Shown piece by piece: positions 50,374-61,089 of a stretch of DNA of 64,000 bases. The position numbers were made by a program, and so were the translations under genes. The notes under the pieces were generated by a model, which saw only the letters and a program-made list of their open reading frames with translations, did not search any database and was not told the DNA's origin. How positions within the stretch are numbered: position 1 is the stretch's first letter; every line of letters starts with the position of its first letter. Origin of the DNA: an uncultured delta proteobacterium (GTDB taxonomy: Bacteria > Desulfobacterota > Binatia > UBA9968); NCBI GenBank assembly GCA_963755715.1, contig CAVWLW010000067.1, positions 32,001 to 96,000 on the forward strand, written 5' to 3'.

Positions 50374-52461
50374 GTGAAAGACGATAGCCTTGAGCGACAG
50401 GAGACGGAGCTTTTGCACGGCCAGTATCAGGCGCTTCTGGAAATTTCTGAAGCGATCGCTTCGCATCGCGAGCTCGATCAGCTTTTCCGTGATCTTGCGC
50501 CGCGCCTGCACCGCGTCGTGGAGTTCGATTTTGCCAATCTGATTCTGCATGAGCCGGCGCGCAAGATGATGAAGTCCCATGTGTTGGAGACGCCGGATCC
50601 CGCCTACGCTTGCCCGGGCGGGGAGTGCCCGATGGAGTCACCCGGAGGATGGGTTTGGGAGACGCAAAAGTCGTGGGTGGTGTCGAACCTGAGCGGCGAC
50701 GCGCGTTTTCCAGATTTGGGTCGATGGCTCCACGAACGCGGAATTCAATCGCTTTGCGTCGTGCCCGTGACGACGGCGCTGCGAAAACTCGGCGCGCTCG
50801 CTTTCGGCAGCCGCGTGGGCGCCGCCTATTCCGAGATCGACGTCATCTTCTTGCAGCAGGTGGCTCGGCAAGTCGCGGTGGCGCTGGATAATGCGCTCAA
50901 CTTCGAGCAGGTCCAATCCGTGCAGCAGCAACTGACCGAAGAACGCGACCGATTGCGCCTACTGCTGGAAGTTAACAATACGATCGTCTCTGTGCTGGAT
51001 TTGCATCAACTGTTGAACGCGGTCTCAGCATCGCTCCGGCGTCTGGTGCCGCACGAATATGCGAGCCTCTCGCTTTATGATCGCGAGACCCACCGGCTGC
51101 AGATTCATGCATTGGATTTTCCCGTCAGCAAGGGACTGCTTCAAGAAGGTCTATCAGTCGGGGTGGACGAGTCGCCTACCGGCCGGGCTCTGATGACCCG
51201 CCAGCCGGTTTTTATAAACCGCGACAACATCAAAGAATTCGGTTCGGACATCGCGCGACTTATTCTCGACGAAGGCCTCAAGTCCGCATGTTGTTTGCCC
51301 CTCATCTCTCACGATCGGCCGTTGGGTACTCTGGTGGTTGCGAGCCTGGAAGAAGATAATTTTCCGGCAAAAGACGCAGAGCTGCTCCAGCATGTCGCCA
51401 ATCAGATCGCCATCGCCGTAGAAAACTCGCTGGCTTATCACGAGGAAGTGAAGCGGGCGAATCAACTCAGTGAAGAAAAACTTTATTTGCAAGATGAAAT
51501 CCGCTCGGAATACAACTTCGAAGAAATTATCGGCGAGAGTGCCGGATTGAAGGACATCTTGGGTCAATTGCAGACGGTGGCGCCGACGGACTCGACGATT
51601 CTTATTCTTGGAGAGACGGGCACGGGCAAAGAGCTGATCGCGCGCGCCATCCATCATTTGAGCACGCGCCGCGAGCGCACCCTGGTCAAGGTGAATTGCG
51701 CCGCCATTCCGACGGGACTGCTGGAAAGCGAGTTGTTCGGACACGAGAAAGGCGCTTTTACAGGAGCGATCGCGCAGCGCGTGGGACGCTTCGAGCTGGC
51801 CCACCGCGGCACGCTCTTTCTCGATGAAGTAGGCGATATTCCCCTCGAGTTGCAGCCCAAACTTTTGCGCGTTCTTCAGGAACAGGAATTCGAGCGGTTG
51901 GGCAGCCCGCGGACGACTAAAGTGGATGTTCGACTGGTGGCCGCCACCAACGTGGATCTTGCGCGCAAGGCCGCGGACCATCAATTTCGCATGGATCTCT
52001 ATTACCGTCTCAATGTTTTTCCAATCGTGATTCCGCCGCTGCGCGAGCGCCGCGAAGATATTCCGCTCTTGGTGCGATACTTCGCGCAAAAATATGCGCG
52101 GCGCATGAAAAAGCCGATCGATACCGTTCCGGTCAAGGCGATGGCGGCGCTGACCGAATATCATTGGCCGGGCAATGTCCGCGAGTTGGAGAATTTTATC
52201 GAGCGCGCCGTTATCCTTTCCCGCGGCACTGAGCTCCAACTGCCGCTGGCGGAACTGAAGCAAAGAACGAAAGCCCCTGTAGCCGTTTCTTCAAATGGTT
52301 TAGAAACGCTGGAGCACGCGGAGCGAGAGCATATCGTGCGCGCCCTCGGTGAGACCAGATGGGTGATCGGCGGACCACGGGGCGCCGCCGCGAGGCTCGG
52401 CATGAAGCGGACCACTCTTCAGTCGCGCATGAGAAAGCTCGGCATCGATCGCCCGAGCTAA
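50374..52461 (+). CDS. FhlA-like sigma54 activator (GAF-GAF-AAA-HTH)
   Basis: Two GAF domains; GETGTGKE; canonical GAFTGA; GPRGAAARLGMKRTTLQSRMRKLGI. Confidence 0.93.
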   Translation: MKDDSLERQETELLHGQYQALLEISEAIASHRELDQLFRDLAPRLHRVVEFDFANLILHEPARKMMKSHVLETPDPAYACPGGECPMESPGGWVWETQKSWVVSNLSGDARFPDLGRWLHERGIQSLCVVPVTTALRKLGALAFGSRVGAAYSEIDVIFLQQVARQVAVALDNALNFEQVQSVQQQLTEERDRLRLLLEVNNTIVSVLDLHQLLNAVSASLRRLVPHEYASLSLYDRETHRLQIHALDFPVSKGLLQEGLSVGVDESPTGRALMTRQPVFINRDNIKEFGSDIARLILDEGLKSACCLPLISHDRPLGTLVVASLEEDNFPAKDAELLQHVANQIAIAVENSLAYHEEVKRANQLSEEKLYLQDEIRSEYNFEEIIGESAGLKDILGQLQTVAPTDSTILILGETGTGKELIARAIHHLSTRRERTLVKVNCAAIPTGLLESELFGHEKGAFTGAIAQRVGRFELAHRGTLFLDEVGDIPLELQPKLLRVLQEQEFERLGSPRTTKVDVRLVAATNVDLARKAADHQFRMDLYYRLNVFPIVIPPLRERREDIPLLVRYFAQKYARRMKKPIDTVPVKAMAALTEYHWPGNVRELENFIERAVILSRGTELQLPLAELKQRTKAPVAVSSNGLETLEHAEREHIVRALGETRWVIGGPRGAAARLGMKRTTLQSRMRKLGIDRPS

Positions 52462-52509
52462 TTGCAACCTCGACCGGGCTCACTCGGCGATCGCGCCTAA
52501 GGAAAGGTT

Positions 52510-52923
52510 ATGGAAGCGATTGAAGGAGGCTGCCTTTGTGGCGCGGTTCGTTACCGCGCCTTTTGGCCGGCCTACGGCATCACGCATTGCCACTGCCAAA
52601 CTTGCCGACGCGCCAGCGGTGCGCCTTTTGTCACTTGGGCCGGCTTCGACGCCGACAAATTCACATTCATCCAGGGCGAGCCGGCTTCCAATAAATCATC
52701 GCCAAACGTTCTGCGCACTTTCTGCGGAAAATGCGGCACAGCCTTGACCTATCAGCGTGCTGAGCTGCCCGGCTCTATCGACGTGACGCTAGGCAGTATG
52801 GATGACCCGGCAATGCTCGAGCCGCAGGATCATACCTGGACCGAGAGCCGGCTTTCCTGGATCGTGTTGGGCGATCAGCTCCCCGAATATCCACGTGAAC
52901 GAAAGTTTCTCCCCTCGTCCTAA
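52510..52923 (+). CDS. GFA family protein
   Basis: GGCLCGAVRY...CHCQTCRR...FCGKCG. Confidence 0.92.
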   Translation: MEAIEGGCLCGAVRYRAFWPAYGITHCHCQTCRRASGAPFVTWAGFDADKFTFIQGEPASNKSSPNVLRTFCGKCGTALTYQRAELPGSIDVTLGSMDDPAMLEPQDHTWTESRLSWIVLGDQLPEYPRERKFLPSS

Positions 52924-53228
52924 GCGACCGCAGTTTTCTTGACGTGAATTAATTGCTCCGCTTACCAAGCTGCACTCACGCTTGTCGAAACGCGGCAACC
53001 GCTTGCTCAAGTCGCGATGTCTGCGGCGCATCGATCGGCGCACCAGCAATTTACGCGAGCGGCGTGAGCCTCCAAATATAGTAAACGCAGGTTCCCATCG
53101 CCATCATTTCGGCGTGTGCCGATAAATCGGCGCGCTTTCTTCGTCAGCACGATCTTCGAGCCTGGATAGGAATTATCTAAATGCGTGCGCATGAAGTGTT
53201 TACGGCGGCGCTAAAATATCCTGGGTCT

Positions 53229-53244
53229 TGGCACAATCCTTGTT
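53229..53244 (+). promoter_or_regulatory. sigma54-like promoter
   Basis: TGGCAC-AATCC-TTGTT (-12 GC changed to GT), upstream of the SDR. Confidence 0.5.
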
Positions 53245-53322
53245 AGGTTACGTGAAACAAAAACGTTAGGTCAGTCGATTGGTTAGGTGCCATCCGTAAT
53301 CAAAAGTTAACAAGGAGGTATC

Positions 53323-54054
53323 ATGTCCCTATCACTCGATGGAAAAACTGCACTTATCACCGGCGGATCGCGCGGCATTGGTCGGGCGATCGCCGAACGT
53401 CTGGCCGCCGATGGTGCGGCAATCGTCATCAATTACGCCCGCAGCGAACAACTGGCCCAGGAGGTCGTCAAGGCGATCTCGGCGAAGGGCGGTAAAGCCA
53501 TAGGAATTCAAGCTGACGTTTCGAAACCCGCGGAGGTGCGGCGATTGTTCAGCGAAGCCGAGAAAGCGATGGGCGGCCTCGACATCGTCGTCGCCAACGC
53601 CGGCGTCCATATTGAAAAACCGCTGATCGAAAACACCGAGGCGGATTACGATTACATTTTCGACACGAATACGAGGGGGGTCTTTTTCACATTGCAAGAG
53701 GCCGGCCGCCGGGTGCGCGACGGCGGTCGCATTGTCGTCGTTTCCACCGGCGGTACGAAAATGCATTTCGCCAACATGTCGCTTTATCTCGGCAGCAAAG
53801 GGGCCATCGAGCAGTTTGCCCGCTCGCTGTCGCGTGAGCTCGGTCCGCGCAATGTCACGGTAAACGTTCTCTCACCGGGATTTACCGAAACTGACATGCT
53901 GCCCGAGGAGTACCGCGATTACGGCGCGAGCTTGTCGCCCTTCAATCGCGTCGGCGCTCCGCAAGATATCGCCGAGGTGGCCGCATTTCTCGCTAGTGAT
54001 GCTGCCCGCTGGATCACCGGCCAGAACGTTCAAGCGGGCGGTGGAGTGGTGTGA
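53323..54054 (+). CDS. Short-chain dehydrogenase/reductase
   Basis: TGGSRGIG; NAG; YLGSK catalytic motif. Confidence 0.95.
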   Translation: MSLSLDGKTALITGGSRGIGRAIAERLAADGAAIVINYARSEQLAQEVVKAISAKGGKAIGIQADVSKPAEVRRLFSEAEKAMGGLDIVVANAGVHIEKPLIENTEADYDYIFDTNTRGVFFTLQEAGRRVRDGGRIVVVSTGGTKMHFANMSLYLGSKGAIEQFARSLSRELGPRNVTVNVLSPGFTETDMLPEEYRDYGASLSPFNRVGAPQDIAEVAAFLASDAARWITGQNVQAGGGVV

Positions 54055-54117
54055 AAAAACGTTGTCGCTCGCGCGGCTCTTTCAAACAACACGACTATGG
54101 AGAAAGGATGATGCCAT

Positions 54118-54291
54118 ATGAAATTTTCACTTGTGCCATTGCTCATCACAGGACAAACCATTTCTAACGAAATACGCCAGGCTTTGCGCGAGAACCGTTT
54201 GCAGGAAGCGGCGGCCATCATCATACAGCAATACGGTCTGAGCTGCGTTGAAGTCGGTCAGCTCCTCGATCTCTCGGCATGCGATGACTAA
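54118..54291 (+). CDS. 57-aa microprotein, paralogue of 55808
   Basis: MKFSLVPLLITGQTISNEIRQALRENRLQEAAAIIIQQYGLSCVEVGQLLDLSACDD; not in the ORF track. Confidence 0.8.
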   Translation: MKFSLVPLLITGQTISNEIRQALRENRLQEAAAIIIQQYGLSCVEVGQLLDLSACDD

Positions 54292-54381
54292 ATGCGTGGT
54301 CATGGGAGCCGAACGGACTTATTTATCTCGTCTATATCGCGCAGCGTTTTTGGCTGCGGGCGGCAGGAAGGAAAAGAAATA

Positions 54382-55326
54382 ATGAGCTTATCATCAGTCC
54401 AACTTGGCGCGGTCGGAATCTGGACCTCTCAACTCGACTATCAACCTGCTCGCCAGGCGCAAGAAGCTGCTGCGGAGCTCGAACAGCTCGGCTTCGGCGC
54501 GATCTGGTTCCCCGAAGCCGCGGGCCGCGAAGCGTTAACCAACGCAAGCTTGCTACTGGCGCGCACCAGCCGAATCGTCGTTGCCACCGGCATTGCAAAT
54601 ATCTACGCGCGCGATGCAATGGCCATGGCCGCGGCGCAGAAAACACTGGCCGAAGCCTACCCGAGTCGCTTTCTCCTCGGGCTCGGCGTCAGCCATGCGC
54701 CGCTAGTCGAACGGTTCAGAGGGCACCGTTACGAAAAACCCGTAACGACGATGCGCGCATACTTGGATGCGATGGATCGGGCCGCTTATCAGGCCGTTCC
54801 TCCTGCCACTGAACCGTTGCGAGTTCTCGCGGCGCTTGGACCCAAGATGCTGCAACTCGCCGCCGAGCGAGCCGCCGGCGCGCATCCTTACTTCGTGACG
54901 CCGGAACACACAGCGCGCGCCCGTGAGATTTTAGGCGCGAACCGGCTGTTGGCGGTTGAGCAGGCCGTCGTGCTTGAGACCGATTCCATCAAAGCACGAG
55001 AGATCGCGCGTGCGTATATGGCCATGTATCTCGACCTGGCCAATTACGTAACCAACTTGCGCGCTCTCGGTTTTACCGATGAAGATTTCGCAAATGGCGG
55101 CAGTAACCGGCTGGTAGACGCCATTGTCGTCTGGGGTGATATCGGCGCCATCATGGCGCGGGTTCGCGCGCATCACTCCGCGGGCGCCGACCACGTTTGC
55201 CTGCAAGTGCTCACGGCGGACCGCCGCGCGCTGCCGCAGCAAGAATGGCGCGAGCTGGCGGCGGGGCTGTTGGATAATCGTACCCAGCGGCGGGAAAGAG
55301 AGGGCGATGGGCTGAGAGGTGCTTAA
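54382..55326 (+). CDS. LLM-class (luciferase-like), probably F420-dependent oxidoreductase
   Basis: VATGIANIYAR...FLLGLGVSH...LAALGPKML...GAHPY...AGADHVCLQ. Confidence 0.9.
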   Translation: MSLSSVQLGAVGIWTSQLDYQPARQAQEAAAELEQLGFGAIWFPEAAGREALTNASLLLARTSRIVVATGIANIYARDAMAMAAAQKTLAEAYPSRFLLGLGVSHAPLVERFRGHRYEKPVTTMRAYLDAMDRAAYQAVPPATEPLRVLAALGPKMLQLAAERAAGAHPYFVTPEHTARAREILGANRLLAVEQAVVLETDSIKAREIARAYMAMYLDLANYVTNLRALGFTDEDFANGGSNRLVDAIVVWGDIGAIMARVRAHHSAGADHVCLQVLTADRRALPQQEWRELAAGLLDNRTQRREREGDGLRGA

Positions 55327-55369
55327 AATTGCAGGATTTGAGCTGGGAGATTTTTCAATGATCAAGCGA

Positions 55370-55573
55370 GCGGCTCCGCCGCCATTGCACGTCGATGCCG
55401 CGGCCCACGCGGCGCTACTCGCGGTCGAACGAGGCAAAGCAGGTGTTTTCAATATCGCGGAAGACAGCGGATTTGTCTCAATTGCTAAGGCGCGCCGCGA
55501 GCTTGGCTGGGATCCCGGTTTTCGCAATCCAAACCGAGAGGCGATAGAAAAAATCTTAGAAGGCCAAGATTAA
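55370..55573 (+). pseudogene. C-terminal remnant of an NAD-dependent epimerase
   Basis: LHVDAAAHAALLAVERG..GVFNIAED...KARRELGW with no N-terminal Rossmann fold. Confidence 0.65.
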
Positions 55574-55750
55574 ATCAATGTGAACGCATCACAATGAAAT
55601 CGCCGGTGCTGGTCAGTCATCATTTCGGCGCCTGCCGACAATTCGACAGACAGCTTCGGCACAATTTTACTTGTCCACCTTAAAATGAAATTCGGTTGCT
55701 CAAAGGTGCCGAATTCTCACCGATTACACCACTTTGTCCGCAAACCGCGT

Positions 55751-55766
55751 TGGCACGTCCGTTGCT
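55751..55766 (+). promoter_or_regulatory. sigma54 promoter
   Basis: TGGCAC-GTCCG-TTGCT, exact consensus. Confidence 0.8.
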
Positions 55767-55807
55767 GATATAGTCTTCTAAATAACGAAGAAAGGCTGGT
55801 TCCCCCT

Positions 55808-55993
55808 ATGAAACTTTCATTTGTGCCATTGCTTCTTGGCGCCAAAGCGCTTTCTCCCGAAGCGCAGACCGCATTGCGTGAAAATCGGCGCGAAGATGCA
55901 GCGGCCTTATTGATGCAGCAATATGATTTGGATTGCCATCAAGCCGGAGAACTGGTCGATGTCTCGGTCTGTGACGAAGCAAACAGCAAGTAA
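55808..55993 (+). CDS. 61-aa microprotein, paralogue of 54118
   Basis: Aligns without gaps to 54118; follows a sigma54 promoter. Confidence 0.8.
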   Translation: MKLSFVPLLLGAKALSPEAQTALRENRREDAAALLMQQYDLDCHQAGELVDVSVCDEANSK

Positions 55994-56049
55994 GGTCTTC
56001 AGCTCGGCCGCTTTGCCCTAAAGCAACGGCCTGATTCGGTGGATTCGAC

Positions 56050-56169
56050 ATGAAAAGCGCTGCCGTTTATCTTTTATTGTTGCTGACGGCGTTACCTGGA
56101 TGCTCCGTCTTGCGCAACAGCGCGAGATTTTATCGTGAGCATCCGCGCGAGCGCACGATCCAGTACTAA
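56050..56169 (+). CDS. 39-aa putative lipoprotein
   Basis: MKSAAVYLLLLLTALPGC: signal peptide with lipobox. Confidence 0.5.
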   Translation: MKSAAVYLLLLLTALPGCSVLRNSARFYREHPRERTIQY

Positions 56170-56439
56170 GGGACTGAGCGCGCCTGACGTTTACGAACGG
56201 ACTGGCGCGCCTAAAAAAGAAGGTTGATGTGCGGCGGCTGTGACATCAGCAGGATCGCGCTCGTAGCGCGATTGTCTCCCGTAGCATCTACGATCGCAAA
56301 GATCGCCGATATTTTTTCCGCTATTTTAAATTAGATTAGCAGCTTTGTATTGAAACAATTGCCGGGCGCGAATCGACTCGCTCGGGAAGTTGTCTTTATT
56401 TGAGAATACACTGATGAATTCGTTTCATAAAACCTCATT

Positions 56440-56825
56440 GTGGCTTGTCTTGGCTCCGTTTTTCTAATCAACGCCTGCCGAAGCCCGGCGCCCACTGCTG
56501 CGCCGCCGCCGAAGGTCACCGTCAGCACGCCGATCGTTCGCGAGGTCATCGAGTGGGACGAGTACACCGGTCGCATGGAATCGACCGAGAGCGTCGAGGT
56601 GCGGGCGCGGGTCAACGGCTATTTGCAGTCGATTCATTTTAAGGATGGCCAGATGGTCAAGAAAGGCGATTTGCTTTTCGTCATCATCAATACGGCGTTT
56701 CGGATTTTTTGACCGTGCTTGATGCCGAGCGGACGATGTTGCAAGCTCAAGATCAGCTGGCGCAAAGCGAAACGGCGACGGCTCTCGTCGCAGTTTACAA
56801 AGCCCTCGGCGGCAGGTGGCAATGA
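56440..56825 (+). pseudogene. Deleted RND efflux operon: MFP 5' end joined to outer-membrane factor 3' end
   Basis: EWDEYTGR...VEVRARVNGYL...KGDLLFVI, then DFLTVLDAERT...VAVYKALGGRW. Confidence 0.85.
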
Positions 56826-56865
56826 TGAGTTAGACGAATTCTGCACCAAATGAAAGAGAGGGACC

Positions 56866-57907
56866 ATGCAATACACTCGACTTGGCCATAGCGGCTTGAT
56901 CGTTTCACGGTTGGCTTTCGGAGTCATGACTTTCGGCAGCGATCCTTGCAACCGGCGATCTACAAGGTCAATCGAGAGAATGCCAAAGCCATGATCGACA
57001 AGGCGCTCGATGCGGGAATCAACCTTTTCGATACCGCCGACCTTTATGCGGGCGGTCAATCGGAGGTAATGCTCGGCGAGTTGTTAGGCAAGCGGCGGCT
57101 CGACGTGGTGATTGCCAGCAAGGTTGGTTTTAGGGCCGGCGAAGCGATCACGCACGCTGGGTTATCCCGGCGTCATATCTTGGCATCGTGTGAAGCGAGT
57201 CTAAACCGTCTCAACACGGACTATCTCGATCTTTACATCCTGCACAAGGAAGATCCGTACGCGCCGCTCGATGAGACTTTGGAAACTTTGAACGATCTGG
57301 TGCGAGCGGGCAAGGTGCGCTACGTAGGTTATTCCAATTGGTCGGCGTGGCGCGCCGCGACGGCGCTGCAAATGCAAAAAGAACGCGGCTGGGCGCAATT
57401 TACCAGCGGGCAAATGTATTACTCTCTGGTCGGGCGGGACGTGGAGCATGAAATTGGCCCGTTCATGCGCGCCACTGGCCTCGGTCTCACTGTTTGGAGC
57501 CCGCTTGCCGGCGGGTTCCTCAGCGGCAAATACACGCGCGAAAATCTCGGCCAAAGCGACAATCGGCTCTCGGGATTCGATTTTTTCCATTCGACAAAGA
57601 GCTGGGCTTTCAAGTTGTCGAGAAAATTCGCGCGATCGCCAACGAATGCAACGCCAGCGTGGCGCAAATCGCTCTGGCGTGGCTGCTTGCGAAGGCCGTC
57701 GTCGCCAGTATCATTCTCGGCGCAAGCAAGCTCAGTCAACTGGAAGACAATCTGGGCGCCATCGACGTGAAGTTGAGCGATAGCCAGATTGCGGCTTTGG
57801 ATCAGATCACCGCGCCGCCGAGCCTTTATCCGAATTGGTTCAACACCAATATGGTTGACGACAAGCATAAGGAAATATTTGGCACGAATCGAGCCGAGCC
57901 GTTCTGA
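56866..57907 (+). CDS. Aldo/keto reductase, two frameshifts
   Basis: MQYTRLGHSGLIVSRLAFG; GINLFDTADLY; GKVRYVGYSN; WSPLAGG; AQIALAWLL. Confidence 0.9.
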
Positions 57908-58110
57908 TCTTCACGCAAGCTGCGAAGGTTTTTCCATCATCGGCATCGAAGGGATCTTCAACCGTTGCTGTCAAGGCGTATGTAGGAAGTGGAACGGCAT
58001 GTATGAATCTTCCTGCGTTGTGCCATTGAAATTATTCGGTCGATCCTATTTTTATTGGCTTGCGACGATTCTAGTCGCTCACGTCCGGACTCCCTTCGCT
58101 AATTGAGCTT

Positions 58111-58126
58111 TGGCACCGACATTGCG
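58111..58126 (+). promoter_or_regulatory. sigma54 promoter
   Basis: TGGCAC-CGACA-TTGCG. Confidence 0.7.
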
Positions 58127-58224
58127 TTTAACGAAAGAAGAATCAAGAAAACGCGCTGAAGCGCTATTCAAATAGCTCGCGCAGCGAACGAAGCGCGGCC
58201 AATCGATTTAACAGGGTAAAATGC

Positions 58225-58914
58225 ATGGATACCGTTGACACGGGCGAAACCAATCAGAAGCGTGCAAAGGGCTACAAAGGGATCGGGATGGAGGGGCCGG
58301 TCGCCCGTTGGTATGCTAAAAATACTGCCAAGACGCTCGGTGAGTTCCAACAATGCGCCCATGAAATAGCGAGACATTTACCAGAGGGAAGTCGAGTCCT
58401 GGAAGTCGCTCCGGGGCCGGGCTACCTGGCGATCGAGCTCGCAAAGCTTGGCCGATATCAAATTTCCGGTTTGGATATCAGCAGGACGTTTGTCGAAATT
58501 GCGCGGGAAAAAGCTCGAGCCACGGCTGTCGATGTCGACTTTCAGCAAGGTGATGTGGCGCATATGCCGTACGAAAATGACACATTCGATTTCATCGTCT
58601 GTCGCGCGGCGTTTAAGAATTTTTCCAATCCCGCTGGAGGCCTGAATGAAATGTATCGGGTGCTAAAAAGCGGCGGAACAGCGTTGATCATAGATTTGCG
58701 TCGCGACGCGCCGAAGAAAACCATCGATCAATATATTGATACGATCGGCCTCAATTGGTGGGACACCTTCATCACGAAATGGACCGTTGAGCTCATGCTT
58801 AAGAGGCGTGCCTACCTTACGAACGAAATCACCGATTTAGTTTCGCAGACGCCTTTCGAACACTTAGCCATCGAAGAAACAGCTATGGGAATGGAGATAC
58901 GGCTGCGAAAATGA
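58225..58914 (+). CDS. Class I SAM-dependent methyltransferase
   Basis: VLEVAPGPG; GLDIS; GDVAHMPY; EMYRVLKSGG. Confidence 0.92.
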   Translation: MDTVDTGETNQKRAKGYKGIGMEGPVARWYAKNTAKTLGEFQQCAHEIARHLPEGSRVLEVAPGPGYLAIELAKLGRYQISGLDISRTFVEIAREKARATAVDVDFQQGDVAHMPYENDTFDFIVCRAAFKNFSNPAGGLNEMYRVLKSGGTALIIDLRRDAPKKTIDQYIDTIGLNWWDTFITKWTVELMLKRRAYLTNEITDLVSQTPFEHLAIEETAMGMEIRLRK

Positions 58915-58989
58915 CAACGACTGCGAGATGCCTACACCGCCGCGCCTGACCCACTTTTGCGAATCGATTTCATTCTTCTCTAGATCTAG

Positions 58990-59210
58990 TCGTCGTAGGC
59001 ACCGTTGCGCTGAGCTCGGTACTCGTGCTCGGTGTCACCACAGCGCCGATGGTACGATTGCCGATGGTGCTCATCCCGGCATATTTCGTTCCGCTATTTG
59101 TTCTGCTCCATCTTGCTACGTTGTTTCAGGTTCGTCGGTCGGCGGTAACGAATATTCCGGAGCGAGAGTCCAATCGAGTGCGCGACATGACGGTTAGTCA
59201 CTGTGCATGA
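58990..59210 (+). pseudogene. C-terminal remnant of a membrane protein
   Basis: TAPMVRLPMVLIPAYFVPLFVLLHL with no upstream portion. Confidence 0.45.
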
Positions 59211-59248
59211 AACTACCCGAGAAAGAGAAATCGAAAGGAGAAATATTA

Positions 59249-59710
59249 ATGGCCCCGCGAATCGATTACACAAAGGTTGGATCCGGCGCGCTCCGCGCGA
59301 TGTACGGACTGGAGAAATATTTAGCCGAAAGCAGCATCGAGAAGCCGCTGCGCGAATTGATCAAGCTGCGCGCGTCGCAGATCAACGGCTGCGCCTATTG
59401 CATCGATATGCATTGGAAAGACGCGCGCGCCGCCGGCGAGAGCGAGCAGCGTCTCTACGGTCTGGCCGCGTGGCGCGAAGCGCCTTATTACAGCGAACGC
59501 GAGCGCGCGGCGCTGGCATGGACCGAAGAGTTGACCTTGATCGCCGAGCATCATGTCTCGGACGAGCTGTACGAACAGACGCGCCGGCAGTTCAGCGAAC
59601 AGGAACTCGTCGATCTCACGCTGGCGGTGGGGACCATCAACGCTTGGAATCGCATTGCCATCAGTTTTCGTTCCGAAGCCGGCTCGTACCAGCCGCCGGC
59701 GCACGGGTGA
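59249..59710 (+). CDS. Carboxymuconolactone decarboxylase / AhpD family protein
   Basis: LRASQINGCAYCIDMH; ERERAALAW; INAWNRI. Confidence 0.93.
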   Translation: MAPRIDYTKVGSGALRAMYGLEKYLAESSIEKPLRELIKLRASQINGCAYCIDMHWKDARAAGESEQRLYGLAAWREAPYYSERERAALAWTEELTLIAEHHVSDELYEQTRRQFSEQELVDLTLAVGTINAWNRIAISFRSEAGSYQPPAHG

Positions 59711-59963
59711 GGTGGCGTGATTGCGTTCTAAGGGGCGGCAGAACTAACGCGCAATCTGTGAGGTTTCGAGGCAGAGATCCATTTATGCCGATCGAGGGAA
59801 TTACAGATCTGTCCAGTCTTCGGAGTGGTGCTGCCTAGTGGAGCACAAGACGGCACAAGTGAACGGCGCAAAATCATTTTAACGCACATCGGCGAGTCGT
59901 GTGCAAAAGGATACAGCGGTTGTCCGGCATAGTGTCGGCCGATCTCGATAGGAGGGGGATCTT

Positions 59964-60369
59964 ATGCCTCTTGTACGCATCGATCTGGTTGAAGGACGGT
60001 CGGGCTCCGCAGGTCGCCGCCATCAGCAACGCGATCCAGCGCGCGCTCGTGGATTGTCTCGACGTGCCGGAGCGTGATCAGTTTCAGGTGATTAACGAAC
60101 ATTCGCCGGGGCGCCTGATTTACAATTCAGGTTATCTCGGTGTCGAGCGCACCGAGGGGATCGTGATCGTGCAGATTTTTCTGAGTTCCGGGCGATCGAC
60201 GGCGCAGAAGCAGGCGTTTTATGCTCGCGCAGCCGAGCTTCTCGCCGCGGAAGCGGCGACACGGCCGGAAGATGTCACGATCGTGTTGACTGAGAATACG
60301 CGCGCGGATTGGTCCTTTGGGCAGGGTTTGGCGCAATATCTCGCGCTGCCCCAGGAACAATGGAAATGA
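59964..60369 (+). CDS. Tautomerase family protein (Pro-1), one frameshift
   Basis: MPLVRIDL start with RBS; VPERDQFQ...GRSTAQKQAFY...DWSFGQG. Confidence 0.85.
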
Positions 60370-60623
60370 TTTGATTACGCGATCCATGAGTGCGGGGACG
60401 TCTTCTATCTCACGACCGATGGAAGTGAATTGACACTCGCAATTCGCATGGCACGCGTGTTTAAAAGAGTTAACGGTCGTAGCCCGCAGATGCATCACCA
60501 CGGATCGTTCGACGTGCCGAACTCCTGCAGAGTTAGTTGCCAGGGTGCTGTGCTCGGCACAAGCAGCTGACGACGCCGTCAGCATGACGCTGGGAATGAC
60601 GGAGCCCCGCAAAGGAAACAGTC

Positions 60624-61022
60624 ATGAACTTGACCAACGCCCATCTTAGAGTGGCGCGCCCCACGGATAAGCTCGTTGAAGTCGTTAAATTCTACAAGGA
60701 CGGGCTCGGTTTTGAAGTGCTCTACCAATTCACCGACCATGACGGATTTGATGGTGTTATGTTAGGGCACAAGGACGCGCCGTACCATCTGGAGTTCACT
60801 CATGAGACGAATCATTTCTCAGGCAAAGCTCCGACACAAGAAAATCTGTTGGTGTTCTATCTCCCCGATCGAGAGGTTTGGCAGCGTGCCGTAACTCGAC
60901 TGGAGGAACACGGCTATAAACCGATCAAGTCATTCAACCCTTATTGGGATCAAAGTGGCAAAACATTCGAGGACCCGGACGGTTATCGAGTCGTGCTGCA
61001 GAATGCGAGCTGGCCGCCGTGA
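60624..61022 (+). CDS. VOC / glyoxalase family protein (YycE-like)
   Basis: LRVARPTD...FYKDGLG...HLEFT...NPYW...FEDPDGYRVVL. Confidence 0.92.
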   Translation: MNLTNAHLRVARPTDKLVEVVKFYKDGLGFEVLYQFTDHDGFDGVMLGHKDAPYHLEFTHETNHFSGKAPTQENLLVFYLPDREVWQRAVTRLEEHGYKPIKSFNPYWDQSGKTFEDPDGYRVVLQNASWPP

Positions 61023-61089
61023 GACTTACAACGTGTGGTCCGGCCAGAAAGAACTTTTAAAAAAAGTGATGATTGAGAGGGATATTTGT

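Noticed and set aside
60449-60464. sigma54 promoter TGGCAC-GCGTG-TTTAA
   Set aside because: The -12 GC element is absent.
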